A stretch of 64,000 nucleotides of DNA from Macrostomum lignano (lineage: Eukaryota): contig NIVC01000337.1 in the NCBI GenBank assembly GCA_002269645.1, positions 1 through 64,000 of the forward strand, given 5' to 3'. Of this stretch, positions 14,030-31,524 are shown piece after piece (within the stretch, counting starts at the first letter, position 1; the number at the start of each line of letters is the position of its first letter). The notes below the pieces were generated by a model, which worked only from the letters and a program-made list of their open reading frames with translations, ran no database searches and was not told the DNA's origin. The translations under genes were made by a program, and so were the position numbers.

Positions 14030-14945
14030 GAGACAGCGGGGACAGGAGGGGAAGAGGGCAGAAGGGATGGGATTAGACAGCGGGGGAAGAGGGCAGAAGG
14101 GAGGGGATTAGACAGGGGGGGAAGAGGGCAGAAGGGATGGGATTAGACAGCGGGGGGAAGAGGGCAGAAGGGAGGGGATTAGACAGCGGGGGAAGAGGGC
14201 AGAAGGGAGGGGATTAGACAGGGGGGAAGAGGGCAGAAGGGATGGGATTAGACAGCGGGGGGAAGAGGGCAGAAGGGAGGGTATTAGACAGGGGGGAAGA
14301 GGGCAGAAGGGAGGGGATTAGACAGCGGGGGAAGAGGGCAGAAGGGAGGGGATTAGACAGCGGGGGAAGAGGGCAGAAGGGAGGGGATTAGACAGCGGGG
14401 GAAGAGGGCAGAAGGGAGGGGATTAGACAGCGGGGACAGGGGGGGGAAGAGGGCAGAAGGGAGGGGATTAGACAGCGGGGGAAGAGGGCAGAAGGGAGGG
14501 GATTAGACAGCGGGGGAAGAGGGCAGAAGGGAGGGGATTAGACAGCGGGGAAGAGGGCAGAAGGGAGGGGATTAGACAGCGGGGGAAGAGGGCAGAAGGG
14601 AGGGGATTAGACAGCGGGGGAAGAGGGCAGAAGGGAGGGGATTAGACAGCGGGGACAGGGGGGAAGAGGGCAGAAGGGAGGGGATTAGACAGCGGGGGAA
14701 GAGGGCAGAAGGGAGGGGATTAGACAGCGGGGGAAGAGGGCAGAAGGGAGGGGATTAGACAGCGGGGGAAGAGGGCAGAAGGGAGGGGATTAGACAGCGG
14801 GGGAAGAGGGCAGAAGGGAGGGGATTAGACAGCGGGGGAAGAGGGCAGAAGGGAGGGGATTAGACAGGGGGGAAGAGGGCAGAAGGGAGGGGATTAGACA
14901 GCGGGGGAAGAGGGCAGAAGGGAGGGGATTAGACAGCGGGGACAG
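14030..14945. repeat. 35-bp G-rich polypurine minisatellite
   Basis: Unit GACAGCGGGGGAAGAGGGCAGAAGGGAGGGGATTA, about 25 copies. Confidence 0.95.
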
Positions 14946-16300
14946 AGAGAGAGCAGACAGAAATCTATTAAAAAGCCTGTTTGAACACGCGCAAGGCAAT
15001 AAAAAATGATAATGATATCGTTGTCAAAAACTCGGCAGAATATTAGCTAAGTAAAGTTGAATCCCAGCGCGCCTATTACTAAGCCTGGTTTCTATGCGGG
15101 TACATTGATCCACAGAGTTGGCTGCAGAGAGTTTCAATTTCAACAAAGGACACATAAAGTAATTAGCGCTACTGATGATTGACCTCGCGTTCAGGACTGC
15201 TTTGGACATTTAATTAGAGGCATATAATACATAAAATTGGGCCTGTAATGCACATTATTCTCGAATTAAAATAGACCCAAATCAGACTACTGGCGAGTAG
15301 AAATAAAAGAAAAAATAGGATTAAATTCCGCTGCGAACAGCAACTGCCCGACTTGAATAAGTTTTTTGTGTTAAAATTCCAATTTGCTGCCAAAAAAAAC
15401 GCTGTTTTGTAGACAGAGCAGGAGCCCCTTTGCCAGACATCGCCTTAAAGGAAGCTGATGATACAAGGAGAATAAAAAACATAAAAATAGCAAACACTTT
15501 TCTTTAAAAAATATATCATTCAGCAAAGATACAGGGCGCTGCTTAAAATTGTTGTTAATACAATCCAATACGGTTTATGACCCTGAACAGGGCAATGGCT
15601 GATCAAGTATTGAATCCGCATCAATAAGTATTTATGCACATAATTTAGCAGGTAACATTGTTCAGCTCGAGCAAAACACAAATCTACGGGCGCAGTCGAC
15701 AAAACAAACAGAATATTTAAAGAGAAAAAACACGCTAGCGCACACATTGAGAGTTTACTCTGAGTTCAGTCTGAGCACGATGCACGCCAAGTATATATAT
15801 ATATGCATGCTATGTGTGTGTATGCAAATGTATAAATATGTGTAATAAAAAAATAACAAATTGCACACTGTATAGATTGCTATGACAGTATTTATTATCA
15901 TAGTAGAGTTATTGCACACGCACTAACAGCTGAGGCCAGTTAAAACAATAATAAAATTGACAAAAAAGTTGTATAAACAGAAAATCAAGTTAAGAGTCAA
16001 GCTGCTTCCTATTGCACGCGCAGGGACAAATCCGTATGCACACAAGAACAAAGAGCAATGGAACCGCCGCAGACTGCGGCAGACATCAAAACTATTACTA
16101 AACCAAGACTAGTGCTCAAAGACTCTGCTAAAAAAAGGATTTCAATCAGCGAATCAAAACGTCGGTCTGCTGGGATAAAAAGTGCTGCGGCCGCCGTATT
16201 GGTAAGAAATTATTTAAAATTTGGGGAGGGGAGATGATGCTATGTACACAGCTGTGAGGCACCTCGGACACCTCACAGCTCAGTGGGGGAAGAGGCGGCT

Positions 16301-16353
16301 GAGACAGACAGACAGGCAGGCAGACAGACAGACAGACGGACAGGCAGGCAGGC

Positions 16354-16390
<37 letters not shown>

Positions 16391-16490
16391 GGCAGACGGA
16401 CAGGCAGGCAGACAGACAGACACACACGCAGACAGACAGACAGACAGACAGACAGGCAGGCAGGCAGACAGACAGACAGACAGACAGACA

Positions 16491-16527
<37 letters not shown>

Positions 16528-16540
16528 ACAGACAGACCAG
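16301..16540. repeat. (GACA)n/(GGCA)n compound microsatellite
   Basis: Directly visible. Confidence 0.95.
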
Positions 16541-17397
16541 AGACAGGACCAAGTGCAAAGCAGCAGAGTACAAGAGTGAGCAATGCTAAAAGCAAGACAG
16601 ACAGACAGCGGGGCTGAGATTTCAGTAGCATAACTGCGTCAGCAAGCAAATCAGTCTGCTGAAAAAATCTATTGCCGGCACGCGAACCAGTAGAAGAGTG
16701 CAATCGCGAGCGGAGAGCTCTAAAAAGGCTAAACATCCCCCAAAGCAACTGCGACTTTCCGGGAAGGAAGTGAAGATAAAATAAAGTCTAAGCAAACAGT
16801 TGTTAAAAACGGGACAGTGAATAAAATTTAAAACACAAGAAGAAAAGATTAACGCGAGGCAGGAGACTCAGTTAAACAAAAAAACAAACACAAAAGGGAG
16901 TCGCCATTGACTGTAAGCAGTCAATCAATAAAACAAGAATAAAATCCGACACTAAATATAGACAGATTTTACGTACAATAACAATAAGCTATTGACCCTA
17001 TTCGCCTAGATGCGCCAATTCCAAGGATTTGAAACAATTCTGATGGAAAAAGCGGGAAAACCAGATAGTCAGTAGACTTAACCCACTCTACTGGCCTCAA
17101 ACATGTACATGATCTCTGTCCCATGCTTTTCTCTATCTGTCCTTCCGCGGAGAAACTCATGGTAAAGCCTCGGAAAACCCATGGTAAAGCCATGGAAAAC
17201 CCACGGCTAAGCCATGGAAAACCCATGGTAAAGCCACGGAAAATCCATGGTAAAGCCACGGAAAACCGTTGCCCCGGCGAACCCAGTGGAAAACCCAAAA
17301 AGCTTATTGCTACTGCCACACATCACGGAGTCAAGCAGCTTAAGTGACAGACGAAAAAAATATTACAAAAGATGATACAGCGCAGTATTTCGGCCGT

Positions 17398-20881
<3,484 letters not shown>

Positions 20882-23800
20882 GCTGGAGCTTCTAGCGGGC
20901 CTGAGACTCAATGCGTGCTTGCTGCGGCCACTGTGCCCAGTAGTGATGGTGCCCAGCTGGGCATTGGGAATAGCAGTTATTTTAGCCCTTTAAAATCTCT
21001 ATTGTAATAAGTGTTTGAAAAGCTGTCTGCCCCCTGCCTATATACATTTGATGCTTTGTACATCTTGCATATTAATCTTTATCAAAAATATTGCTTTTAT
21101 ATTTGCAACAAAAAATAGCCACCAAAATGTAACTCGATGAACATACCAATTAACTCAATATGGCCTTTGGTCTTCTATGCTTTTGATTGATTTAGAACTT
21201 AGAACTAACCAATTATATAGTTATGATTGATTAGGCAAATTAGGCAAAAATTAAATAGCTTTTACCATGTTTTGAGTCAATAACAAGACTAAGTTGAAAT
21301 TGCATTTTCAGTAAAAAATTAAGTTGCATAACAAATATAATTTCAGTAGTTGCATATGTATGACTTAAAAACATCATCTTATTTATAGAATAAGCTAATT
21401 AAAAATTGTGATACCATTGGAAAATTAGTGCCTTTATCTTCTAAGTTTGAACAAGAATGGTAAGTTCTAAAATAACAGGTAATATTAAAATATAGAACTA
21501 ATATAATAAACTATTTTTTCATTCTTATTCTTAACTCACCTTTTTCATTAGATAAATCAAATTTTAACAGTATTTGAACTGTCTTTATTATTTTAATAGG
21601 TTAGCTTTGTTGTCTTAATCAGGAAACAAATTTTTATATACTCAATATGTTTATTACAAGAGAAAAAAGTTAATTTTATTAACTACAAAAATATATAAAC
21701 TACAAAAGTATTATTTTGCAGTTCTATCATGCATTTTAGGCCTAATGCTAACTTTCATAGCTATTGTTAGAAAGTTTTTACTATTCTAACTATATTAGAT
21801 ATAATATTACCAGTAGAAAAAAGGATAAAAGATAAAAGAGCAAAGAAATAATAAATAACAGAGTTAAATAAAAAATAAATAGTATTTATTTGTAAAAAAT
21901 TATAAACTGATTTCTACTATCTTAAATTTTCCAAAAATATTTTGGGTAAAATGGTCAACAAACCCTAATGGGCAAAATAAATTACAAAAACATTAAAAAT
22001 TTAAGATAAAAAAGTTGCACCAATTCAAAACATTACAGAACATTAATTCAAAACAAAACAATTCAAATTCAAAACATATGCTTATACACTAATAAAACTA
22101 GCTACAACCTAGCTAGCCAATCTGGCTAGGCCAGCTAGCAAGAAGCCCACCCAAGGTAAGTTGCAAAATTCCCATCCAAAAAATCTGCATATTATAGTAC
22201 TAATTAGATGATAAGGCATATAGCTTTAATAATATAATCATAATTACTTAAGTAAACAGTGTTGGGCACTAGTCTATTGAGAAGCATTAATCTGTTATAA
22301 AGTATTAAGATTTTTCATTAATGTTAATGGACTGCCATTAAGACTTTTTGCTTTAACTTTAAAATTCTTTTTAAGTTAAAATTCTTAATAATAATGCTTA
22401 ACACTAAAACTAAATAAAAAAGAAATAAATTGTAAATGTGATAAAGGAAGGGATGTTAAAAAGAATAGGAATTAAAACCCAATAGGTTAATATAGATTGG
22501 CTATGCTATTGCTTCTATTTATACTTCTACAATTATATCTTTAAATATTATGTCTATGTGCTAAAGTATTCCTATAATTAAAAGTAATTAAGTTAGAAGA
22601 CAAGTATTTAAAGCAATGGTTTTGGCTTTATAGAAATCTTTTGGTATTCTGGAGTTATTCTTGGCCTTATTGCATGCAACTACTTCAAACAAGTCATCAT
22701 ATGGGCCTCTTATAGATAGCCTGCACCTGCATTGGCATGGTCATGGGGTGACAACAATAATGCAAATTTATTTTAACTGTTTAACTAAAAAACTAACTTT
22801 AAAATCCTAAGAGAAATATATTCTATGAGTACTAATAGAATAACTATTAACTAGGCCTAACTTTTTCTAATTATAATAAGGGTAGTAACGATACTATAGT
22901 TTAGATTGTGTATTAGTGTATATTGGGTCTAATAGGGAAAAATCCAATACTTTGTATATTGGGACTAAAAAGGTGCATCACTAACACAATGTTTCTACTG
23001 TTTCATATATGCCAGGATATATACTAATATACATACATGTGCAACCTCCCTGATTTACACTGGCCATGCAACTTACTTTCTGACCAAAAATACAATTTAC
23101 CTAAGAAAAAAACCCTAAAGCTAAAATTAACACAACTTTGGATAAATGGCAGGGCAGGAATAACTTGACTATCTTATAAAGACTAAATACCTCATTATCT
23201 AATTAGTACTCTGTATGTCTATATTCTTTTGGGTGGGCATTTTTGTAACTTAACCCTGGTCTACCACAATTTACAGTAGCTGGATTGGCCAGGTTGGCTA
23301 GCAGTTGCAAATGTATGCTAATATTAGTGTTCTGCTGTAGTTGTAGGCAAATATGGTAAAATGGGTGCCTATGGCAACTACAGATGCCTATGGTGGATAA
23401 CTGCTCTTACAGTTACAACTATAGAAATATGGTAGTTTTTGTCATATTCCATAGATTCCCATAAGCCATAGTTATTAATTAAAAAATAAATAAATATTAG
23501 AAACAGGTAGAGTAAAACAAATATACTTTGGTAAACTGTATTATAGACTTTCTACTTTAATTTGCAATTGTTTAAGCACCAGGTTATTTTTTAATTCAAA
23601 ATATTTCATTTCCTAGACTTTTTGTTAAAACTATGGCTACCGCTATAAGAACTATGGGAATATGGTAATACTGGGATCCCTACGGCTACAGAATATAGAG
23701 AATTGGAATAAGCCATAGTTTTGCTTATGGCTATGGCTATAGCAGATGAACCCCTCTTATGGCAAAACACTAGCTAATATACACAAAAAATGACAAATAC

Positions 23801-25221
23801 CCTTGTTATACACTAGGAAATCCCAGCGCCCCTATTGCAGCCAATGGCCATTTTCGTGGACGGCATCCGGCGCGGATTGGCCTAGCGGCGGCGCGGCGCG
23901 CGGCGGCGGCGCGGCGCGTGGCGGCGGCGCGCGGTGGCGTGGCGTGTGGTGGCGGCGCGCGGCGGCGTGGCGCAGGGGCATGGGAAAATTGAACCAAATC
24001 ACTGATCCTGGGGACTGGCCCTGGCGCAGTATGGGTAGATGTCTGGCGCGGGAAAGGGGGGCGTCCGGCGCGGTTCAGACCTTGGCTGCAATAGGGCCCA
24101 GCGCATATATTTACCTTTCAAACTATAGTAGACTAATAGACTGGGTTTTTTGGGCCATATAGGATTTTTGGTATCAAAGGCTAATTTTACAACTTTTTTT
24201 CTAGTACCAATTGCCAATTTAAAAAATGATTTTGTTAGTGTAGTCTAAAAAAATGCTATATAAATCAATATAATAAAATTGTTGGGCCTAGTTTGTTATT
24301 GTTTGCAGCATAGATAGCAATCTAAAGAGTTGAGAGAACAAATTTCTGCTTTTAAAATGCAGCTTTGGAAATATCCATCCTTGAGAGTTTGGCTAGTTGC
24401 CAATGGGCAACCAAAAATAACCATTAGAAACTAGATTTTAAGCCCTAAGGGCAAGCTGGCAACTGGATTTCCAACCTTAAATTTGGGAAATGGATACCTT
24501 TTAGTCTTTTACAAAAATAGTGTAGCTATGAAGCAAAGTAAAATGTGTGAATTAGAGTTTCACAACATAATAATCCTATTAATAGCTAGTTGGGAATTCC
24601 AAATAAATATTGAAATAAGAATAGGTGTAATTGAAAAAAATTATTTAAATATTAAGTTCAAAATTGTAATTGCTTTTCAGAAACTATCTGGAAACAGAAA
24701 ATTTTAATTGTATTTGTAGTTTTGTCTTGAAAAAATTTAATGACAATGTTGCAAAACAATTTTAAAAGAAATAAGACAAAATATCAAAGAATTGCCTTTT
24801 TGATAAGATATTTTACCTTTAAGCAACCTCTTTTAAAACTAACTGCACTACATTAAAAACCCCTTTCCTAAAAAATAATCCATATAGCTAAAAACATTTT
24901 GTCAGACATTTACAATTACAATAGGCTCAATGAGAAGTGAACTGTGTAATGTAATATAGTTTGGCTCAGGCAAGTAGCCTGTTAAGCCAGTATGAGCTTT
25001 GTATTTAAAATTTAAAAAATTTAGATGCTAGAAATAATTGTTAAATTAGTTGATGTAAATTATGAAGTATTGCTTTGATTAGGAGATAAGATATGAATGA
25101 AGTCAGATTGAAAAATTGAAGAAAAAAAACATGAGAACAATTTTTTAAATTACTGCGAAAAGGCATAATGTAAGATAGTGAGGTTGTTAATAAAAATTTG
25201 TTGTTCTCAATAATTAATTGA

Positions 25222-28200
25222 ATGTCACAAAAAGGCAAACAGAAGAACAATGTTGATAAACAAGAAGCATCCCCAACAGGCATCTCCCTCCCATTGCATG
25301 CAAAATCATGGCAAGAAACTGATGAAGGTAGCTGCCTAGCCTGCAATGATGAAGTACACAAAGGCATACAATGCAAAAGTTGCCATCGCTGGTGCTACCA
25401 GTCCTGCTCCAGCCTGGCTAAATCAATCTTCATTGCCATAGCAAATGGCCCTAGTGACAATGGGCTCATTTGGACATGCCATGATTGCAAGACTCATGTG
25501 CCCACACATTTATCAACAGTGTGGAGCTGCTCAAAGACCTTTGAGTAAAGCTGACTACACTCAAAGCAGTCTGGTGGCCTGCGACACTGACTTGCGCTGG
25601 TCCAAGCTGAAGTGCCCCCCTCCTCACCCGCTATGGGCTGACCTGAGGAATCTAGCTACGCGGGCAGTCTTTCTGGACAGGCTGCGTGCTGCAACTCCCG
25701 CTTTGAATGAGTCAGCCAACTCCTTCACCAGGGCTGTCGAGGATGCAGCATCCATTCTCCCAAGACGGATGGCAAACCATCCCAAGGCGCTGTGGGACAA
25801 CGATCCTGCAATCAGTCAAGCGCGACGACACGTGCAGAGCGTCACCGCCCTCCATGGCGATGATAGCGACCAGGCCAACACTGACCGGGACCAGCTGCAA
25901 GTCATCTATGCCCAGCGAACCGAGGTGTTTGTTGAAGAGGCAGTGAGCGAGATCCAGCTAGTGACCGACAACTGCTGCCACAGCGCTGCTTGGCGGGCCA
26001 TCAACCAGCTGACTGGCAGGAAGCCCAGGCCTAGCGCAGTTGTTGGCGCGGACTCCATCGAGCATCGCAAGACTCAGCTGGTCAACCACTACTGCGATGT
26101 GCTTAATGCTCCTGCACAAAATTTACCTCTTTTACCAATCCCAGACTTTGTCCCAGCAGAACGTAGCGTCTTCAACGTTGGCCCTATCACAATGAGCGAG
26201 GTTGGCCGGGCTCTGAGGACCATGCGTGCCGACGCCGCTGCTGGGGTGGATACGATTCCTCCCAGGGTCCTGAAGCTACCAGAGCTGACCCCCGCCATCA
26301 CCGAGGTGCTGAACAAGCACTGCAGTCTTGGAGGCGACGCGGCCGCTTGCGCGCCCCCACAATGGCGCACCTCCAAGATCGTTTCCATCCCGAAGAAGGG
26401 GGCTTCTACAAGCCTGGACAACCAGCGTGGCATTGCGCTGGAATGTACCACAGCAAAGTTGCTGAATGCTGTGCTGCGCAACCGCCTCCTGCCAGGTCTC
26501 AACCCACTGCTGCTGAGTCTCCAGAGCGGTTTTCGGCCAGGCAGGTCCACCACTGAGCAGGTTGCAACCATCCGCTCAATCATTGAGGCCTGCAAGACCC
26601 GCCTGCGCTCCGTGTCGATTGTCTTTGTGGATTTCCGGAAGGCTTTTGACTCGGTGGCCAGGCTAGCGATTGCATGGCTGCTGTCCTACTACAGCGTCCC
26701 CCCTGCACTGGTGGCTGCGGTGATGGATCTGTACAGCGATTCCAGGGCATTTGTTCAGTCGAGCGACGGCCCCACTGATGAGTTCAGCACAAGCTCTGGC
26801 GTCCTTCAGGGCGACACGCTGGCTCCTCTGCTTTTCATCATGGTCGTGGACTACGTGCTGTGCCGGTCTCTCCATGATGACGACGGCTATGTGCTAGTCC
26901 CACGCCGAAGCTCCCGACACCCTGCAGTCCCGCTGCCAGCTCTTGCGTATGCAGACGACATCGCACTCCTCTGTCGCGATCCAGCTGCTGCCCAACGCGC
27001 TCTCTTAAGACTCTGCGAGGAGGGCGCTCGGGTTGGACTGATGATCAACGCACTGAAGACAGAAGTGCTGCACGTGGGCACTGATACCGCCCTGGCACTA
27101 GATCTGCCCAACGGAGACGCCATCGCGGTGTGCGAGGACTTTCGGTACCTCGGCTCCCTGGTGATGAGTCCCGACTCCATCGTCTCCGACAGAAGGAATC
27201 AGGCCTGGCGTGTGGCGCACCTTCTCAGGAACGTCTTCAACTCTGCTGCAAGAGACAGCCTGAAGGTGCGCCTCTTCCGCGCTGCCATTGAGCCTATCCT
27301 TCTGTACGGCATGGAAGCAGTGCCGATGACCGCCACGCGAGAGAAAGCCCTGGACGCGCTATACAGGTCCCTGCTGCGCCACGCCCTGGGCGTGCACTAC
27401 CCGGAGAGGCTGCCGTCCAGAGACCTGATGGTTTGCGCCGGCGTCCCAGCCCTGAGCGTCACCCTGCGCCGGCGCCGCCAGATGCTGCTGGGCCACTGTC
27501 TGAGGAGCCACGGTCACGGCGAGCGAAACCCGCTTGCGCTGGTCCTCCTGCACCAACCGACCGAGCGGCTGTGCCGCGGCCAAGGAAGAACTGTGACGCT
27601 AATTACCACTCTGTTGGCTGACTTGCAGGCTATCGGACTTGATCCCTAGTCCGCCATGGCCTGCCCCTCCCGACTGTTCTGCGAGCGTGTGCACGCAAAA
27701 GCTATCTAACTTTTTGCGTCTATATATATATATGACTACACTTGAAGAGCATATAGAAAAGGTAGAATCAATCAAGAAAAGGAAACAGACAGTCCCTTTT
27801 AACATCAGCTTTGATGAAATTGTTGAGGAAGTCAAACAGCACAGTATAAAAAACAACATTGTGGTTTTTGGACCACAAGAAGAGGCAAAGCTCAAAGACC
27901 TTATGCAAGACAGACTTAAAGTGTCACTTGCAACTGTGCCTATTGTTGCCACCAGGTGGATTGGTTGCAAACAACCTCAACTATTACAAAGGCCCTTGGT
28001 TGTTTGACTAGTAAATAAAAGCAAAAAAGCTGCCTTCTTTTGGCAACCTGCAAAACCTACGCCAAACAGGCTCTGCCTATTCCTAAATTTGGATAGATAA
28101 TGACCTAACAGAAAAGGAATGGGCGTTTAAACAGAAGATCATCAAATAACTTAAGACTTGTCAAAAATGGTGAGAAGAATATCCAAATTGGCTATAAGAG

Positions 28201-28480
28201 AGAAGTTTCTTTCATTAAAACTTACTGAACTTCTGAAACTTGTGACTTAAGTACCCCAACAGTTAATAGCCAAAATATTATTAAGGCAAATTAAAAGCAG
28301 ATTCAGTACACTAAAGAGTACCTCATCTTTATTAGAAATAACAATGCTCAAAAGATCAAAAAATTTCCTTACTATATCAAATTGAAACTCTTTAAATTTA
28401 ATCTTACCCAAAAAAATTGATAAAGAAAATTTTACTATCAGCAGCTGGAATATCACTGGACTTTATGTAATAAAAGATTC
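25222..28480 (+). mobile_element. Old, degraded CR1/L2-like LINE (PHD-finger ORF1 and start of APE), interrupted by an RTE-like element
   Basis: PHD finger CLACNDEVHKGIQCKSCHRWCYQSC...LIWTCHDC; coiled coil; KNNIVVFG; NDLTEKE near 28100; ISSWNITGL near 28435. Many stops and frameshifts. Confidence 0.65.
25562..27732 (+). mobile_element. 5'-truncated RTE-like non-LTR retrotransposon with open RT ORF
   Basis: 10-bp TSD TGACTACACT (25552-25561, 27733-27742); (TA)n tail. RT motifs QRGIAL, QSGFRPGRST, FVDFRKAFDSV, GVLQGDTLAPLLF, LAYADDI, FRYLGS; ORF open to 27649; no endonuclease domain present. Confidence 0.92.
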
Positions 28481-29241
28481 TGTGATTATTCTCAAGCTAG
28501 AATTACTAGAAACTAAATCAATTTTTAAGAATAATATTCAACAATTGTTAAGTTCCATTTGTTAAATTATTTTGACTCTAGAAAATTACTGTACAAACAA
28601 TTTTAAGTACAAACAAATACTTTTAAGAGCCTTAAGCCTGATTAAGCACTAATTATATGCTTTAATACTTGTTATAATATATCTGACACCAAAAAGCTAT
28701 AATAGTGTATGGCCAAAATGTTAATAAATGAACAAGTCCTAACATGAAACAAATAAAGTATTATTGTCTATGGTCAAACTACCAACAAACAGCAAAAGCT
28801 TTACAGGCTATAGTAGTGGGAAATTTATAATAGGATATTCCCAAATGGCTTCACTGGGTTTAGTTGACTCAACAATTCCTCTAAGTATACTTTAAATATG
28901 GCTTGTGAAGTCCCATGCATGGCGCATAGCCCATAGTCCGGATCATGTTGAGTGCATACCAGAATGCTCTGAACCAATGCATGCCAGTGCCAAGTAGATG
29001 CAGGCTAGTGCCAAGCCATAGTCAGGAAGATGGCACAGTGTGCACTGGAATCATTTTTTGGGACAATTTGTGCACTGTCTATGCGCCGTCTGTGCCATTT
29101 GTGCGCTGTCTGTGCACCGTCTGTGCGCCATTCTTCACGAGTAGAGTTTTCTAAGAAAGGCCTTTGTACAAAAAGCCTTTTTAAAATGTTATGCATATTT
29201 TCCTACAAATAGTCATGCAAAATTGACATTCTTAGTGATAA

Positions 29242-31524
29242 TCTTATATACTAAAGTTGAGTTTGTTTGTTTGTTTGTTTGCTTGTAACAGAAAATCTTG
29301 CGAATGGAATGACCGATTTTCTCCGTTTTTGCACCATTAGATGGCAAATTGTCCAGAATCGGTACACGTATTTTTAATAAGCTATCCAAATTAAAGAGGC
29401 CTCTCAATTGTCAGAAAACAGGTTTTTGCCCATCTTGCTAATGTATTTTTTCGGCAGTGAGAGCTTGCAAACGGTTTTGGCCATAGATTATAATGCTAAT
29501 AGCTGTAGGCTGCTTGGTTTTTATGTAGCCCACTGCTTCCTTTCCTTCTTTCTTTTCTTTGGTTTTTGAACCCTCTAATAGTGCTTTATCTATTTAGCCC
29601 CACTGTATGATGGTGCGCCGTGGCGCAAGCCATTTGAAGAGAAGCCGTGACGCAAAGAAAAGACGACTGGCCGAGTCTGCTGGAGAGCGCGATGCCTGTC
29701 TGGAAGAGCAGCGGCGGCGAGACGCCGAGCGCCGCGCTGTTGAAGACGAGGCTGAGCGGTTTGCCCGTCTGGAGGAACAGCGGCAGAGACAGGCTGAATG
29801 TCGCGTTGCTAAAGACGAGGCTGAGCGGATTGCCCGTCTGGAGGAACAGCGGCAGAGACAGGCTGAGTGTCGCGTTGCTGAAGACGAGGCTGAGCGGATT
29901 GCCCGTCTGGAGGAACAGCGGCAGAGACAGGCTGAGTTTCGCGCTGCTGAGGACGAGGCTGAGCAGATTACCCGTCTGGAAGAGCAGTGGCAGAGACAGG
30001 CTGATTGTCGGCGCGGTGAATCTGTCACCAGGTTACCTTGTGTCGAATCTATTGTGCCCTTTAGTCAGTTGCAGGTCAATACCACCATTGGCGATGGCAA
30101 CTGCTTTTTTCATGCCGTGTGCGACCAGCTACGTGGCACACCGCATGAAACCGATGCCGCTACCCTTTGGCATGAGTTGGCCTGTCGTGCAGTTGAACTT
30201 TTGCCACAGTTGGTCGCGAATGGCATCATCGCGCCTGATTGCGCCGATGAGATTGCGAATTCCTCCTTTCAGGAAGGGGTTTATATTTCAGACGAAGTGG
30301 CAGCTCTGTTTAGTAGCTGCTTTGACATGGACCTGGTGATTTACCAGTCCAATGGTAATGTGCTGCAATATTTCAAGTGTGACAAGCAGCCTCCCAATGC
30401 CACTGTGCGTGTGCTCTTGAGTCACGAGCACTACGAGTCGCTCAGACTTCGACCGTCTCTGCAAGCTTCTTCAGGTGCAGAGTGTCCCAGGCCAATGGCA
30501 AGCGGCTCAAAGGCAGTGCCAGTTGACATCCACAGCTCATGTGCCGACATTGGAGCATCGGGTGATCATCGGTGAGTCTTCTTCATTTGTCTTTTTGATT
30601 TGAACTGCTGTCCTCACAACATGTCTTATTCCACTGTACTCACAGACGTGCCGAGCCATTGCTGCCAGAGGCCCCGGCTCACCAGTGTGGACCAATGAAC
30701 AACGCCTGCAATGACTGTGGCGCATTGTTTTGGGCCAAAGAGACGCGCAACTTCTGCTGCGCCAAGGGCAAGGTGAAGCTGCCCACCCGTACGATGCCGC
30801 AGGTCTTGGCAGATCTTTACACGGGGCAGCACCGACTCAGTGCAGAGTTCCTGGCCCACATCAGGAGCTACAATGCGGTGCTGCACCTCACATCTCTGGG
30901 TGTGAAGCTCAGAATGGTGCCTGGCTATAGTCCCAGCTTCATCATCAGCGGCCAGCTGCATCACAATATGGGGCCGCTGCTTGCCGACCCCTCAGCCGAG
31001 CCGCATGGCTGGCAGGTGTATTTTACTGACCGCGAATTGGAGAGCCGCCTGAGCCTCAGTCAGAGAGTGAAGCCGGAGCTGCTAAAGCTGCTGCAAACTC
31101 TGCTGCATCAATCCAACGGCTACGTGCAAAGCCTTCGAGCTGCTGTTCAGCGAATCAGTGGCGACCCTGAGCTGGGAGATGCGCGAATTGTGATTCACCC
31201 GGACTGAAGACCAGCAGGGGAACACATTCGGTGAGTTTGTGGTGTCAAAATAAACTATGATGTATATATTGTATATATACATGATACAATATATAAAAAT
31301 ATAAAAATATAAAAATATGATTTTTCCTCAGGCGCTACAATCTTCCTATGGCCAATGAGGTTGGCATTCTTATCGTTGGTGGCACAGAGGACGCAACGAC
31401 AAATTATTGAGATATTGAATTATAGATACGGTGAATAAGAGAGATTATTATGAATATTAGTTAATCAATTGCGATAAATAACTGTACTAAATACTCTCCC
31501 CGAAGGGGGGTCAACTATTGCTAG
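29242..31524 (+). mobile_element. Internally deleted Helitron
   Basis: 5' A|TCTTATATACTAAAG followed by (TTTG)n; 3' hairpin CCCCGAAGGGG (31497-31507) then CTAG|T at 31521-31525; RepHel N-terminal coding sequence inside. Confidence 0.88.
29607..31412 (+). pseudogene. Helitron protein remnant: charged repeats, OTU protease and RepHel N-terminus
   Basis: Exons 29607-30571, 30646-31230 and 31332-about 31412 splice in frame. OTU motifs GDGNCFFHAV and HEHYESL; RepHel CNDCGALFWAKE...CCAKGKVKLP, IRSYN, RRYNLPMANEVG. Premature TGA at 31205; no Rep catalytic or helicase domain. Confidence 0.82.

Noticed and set aside
22105-23305. Imperfect ~28-bp inverted repeat pair (possible MITE)
   Set aside because: Too degenerate; no TSD or clear ends.
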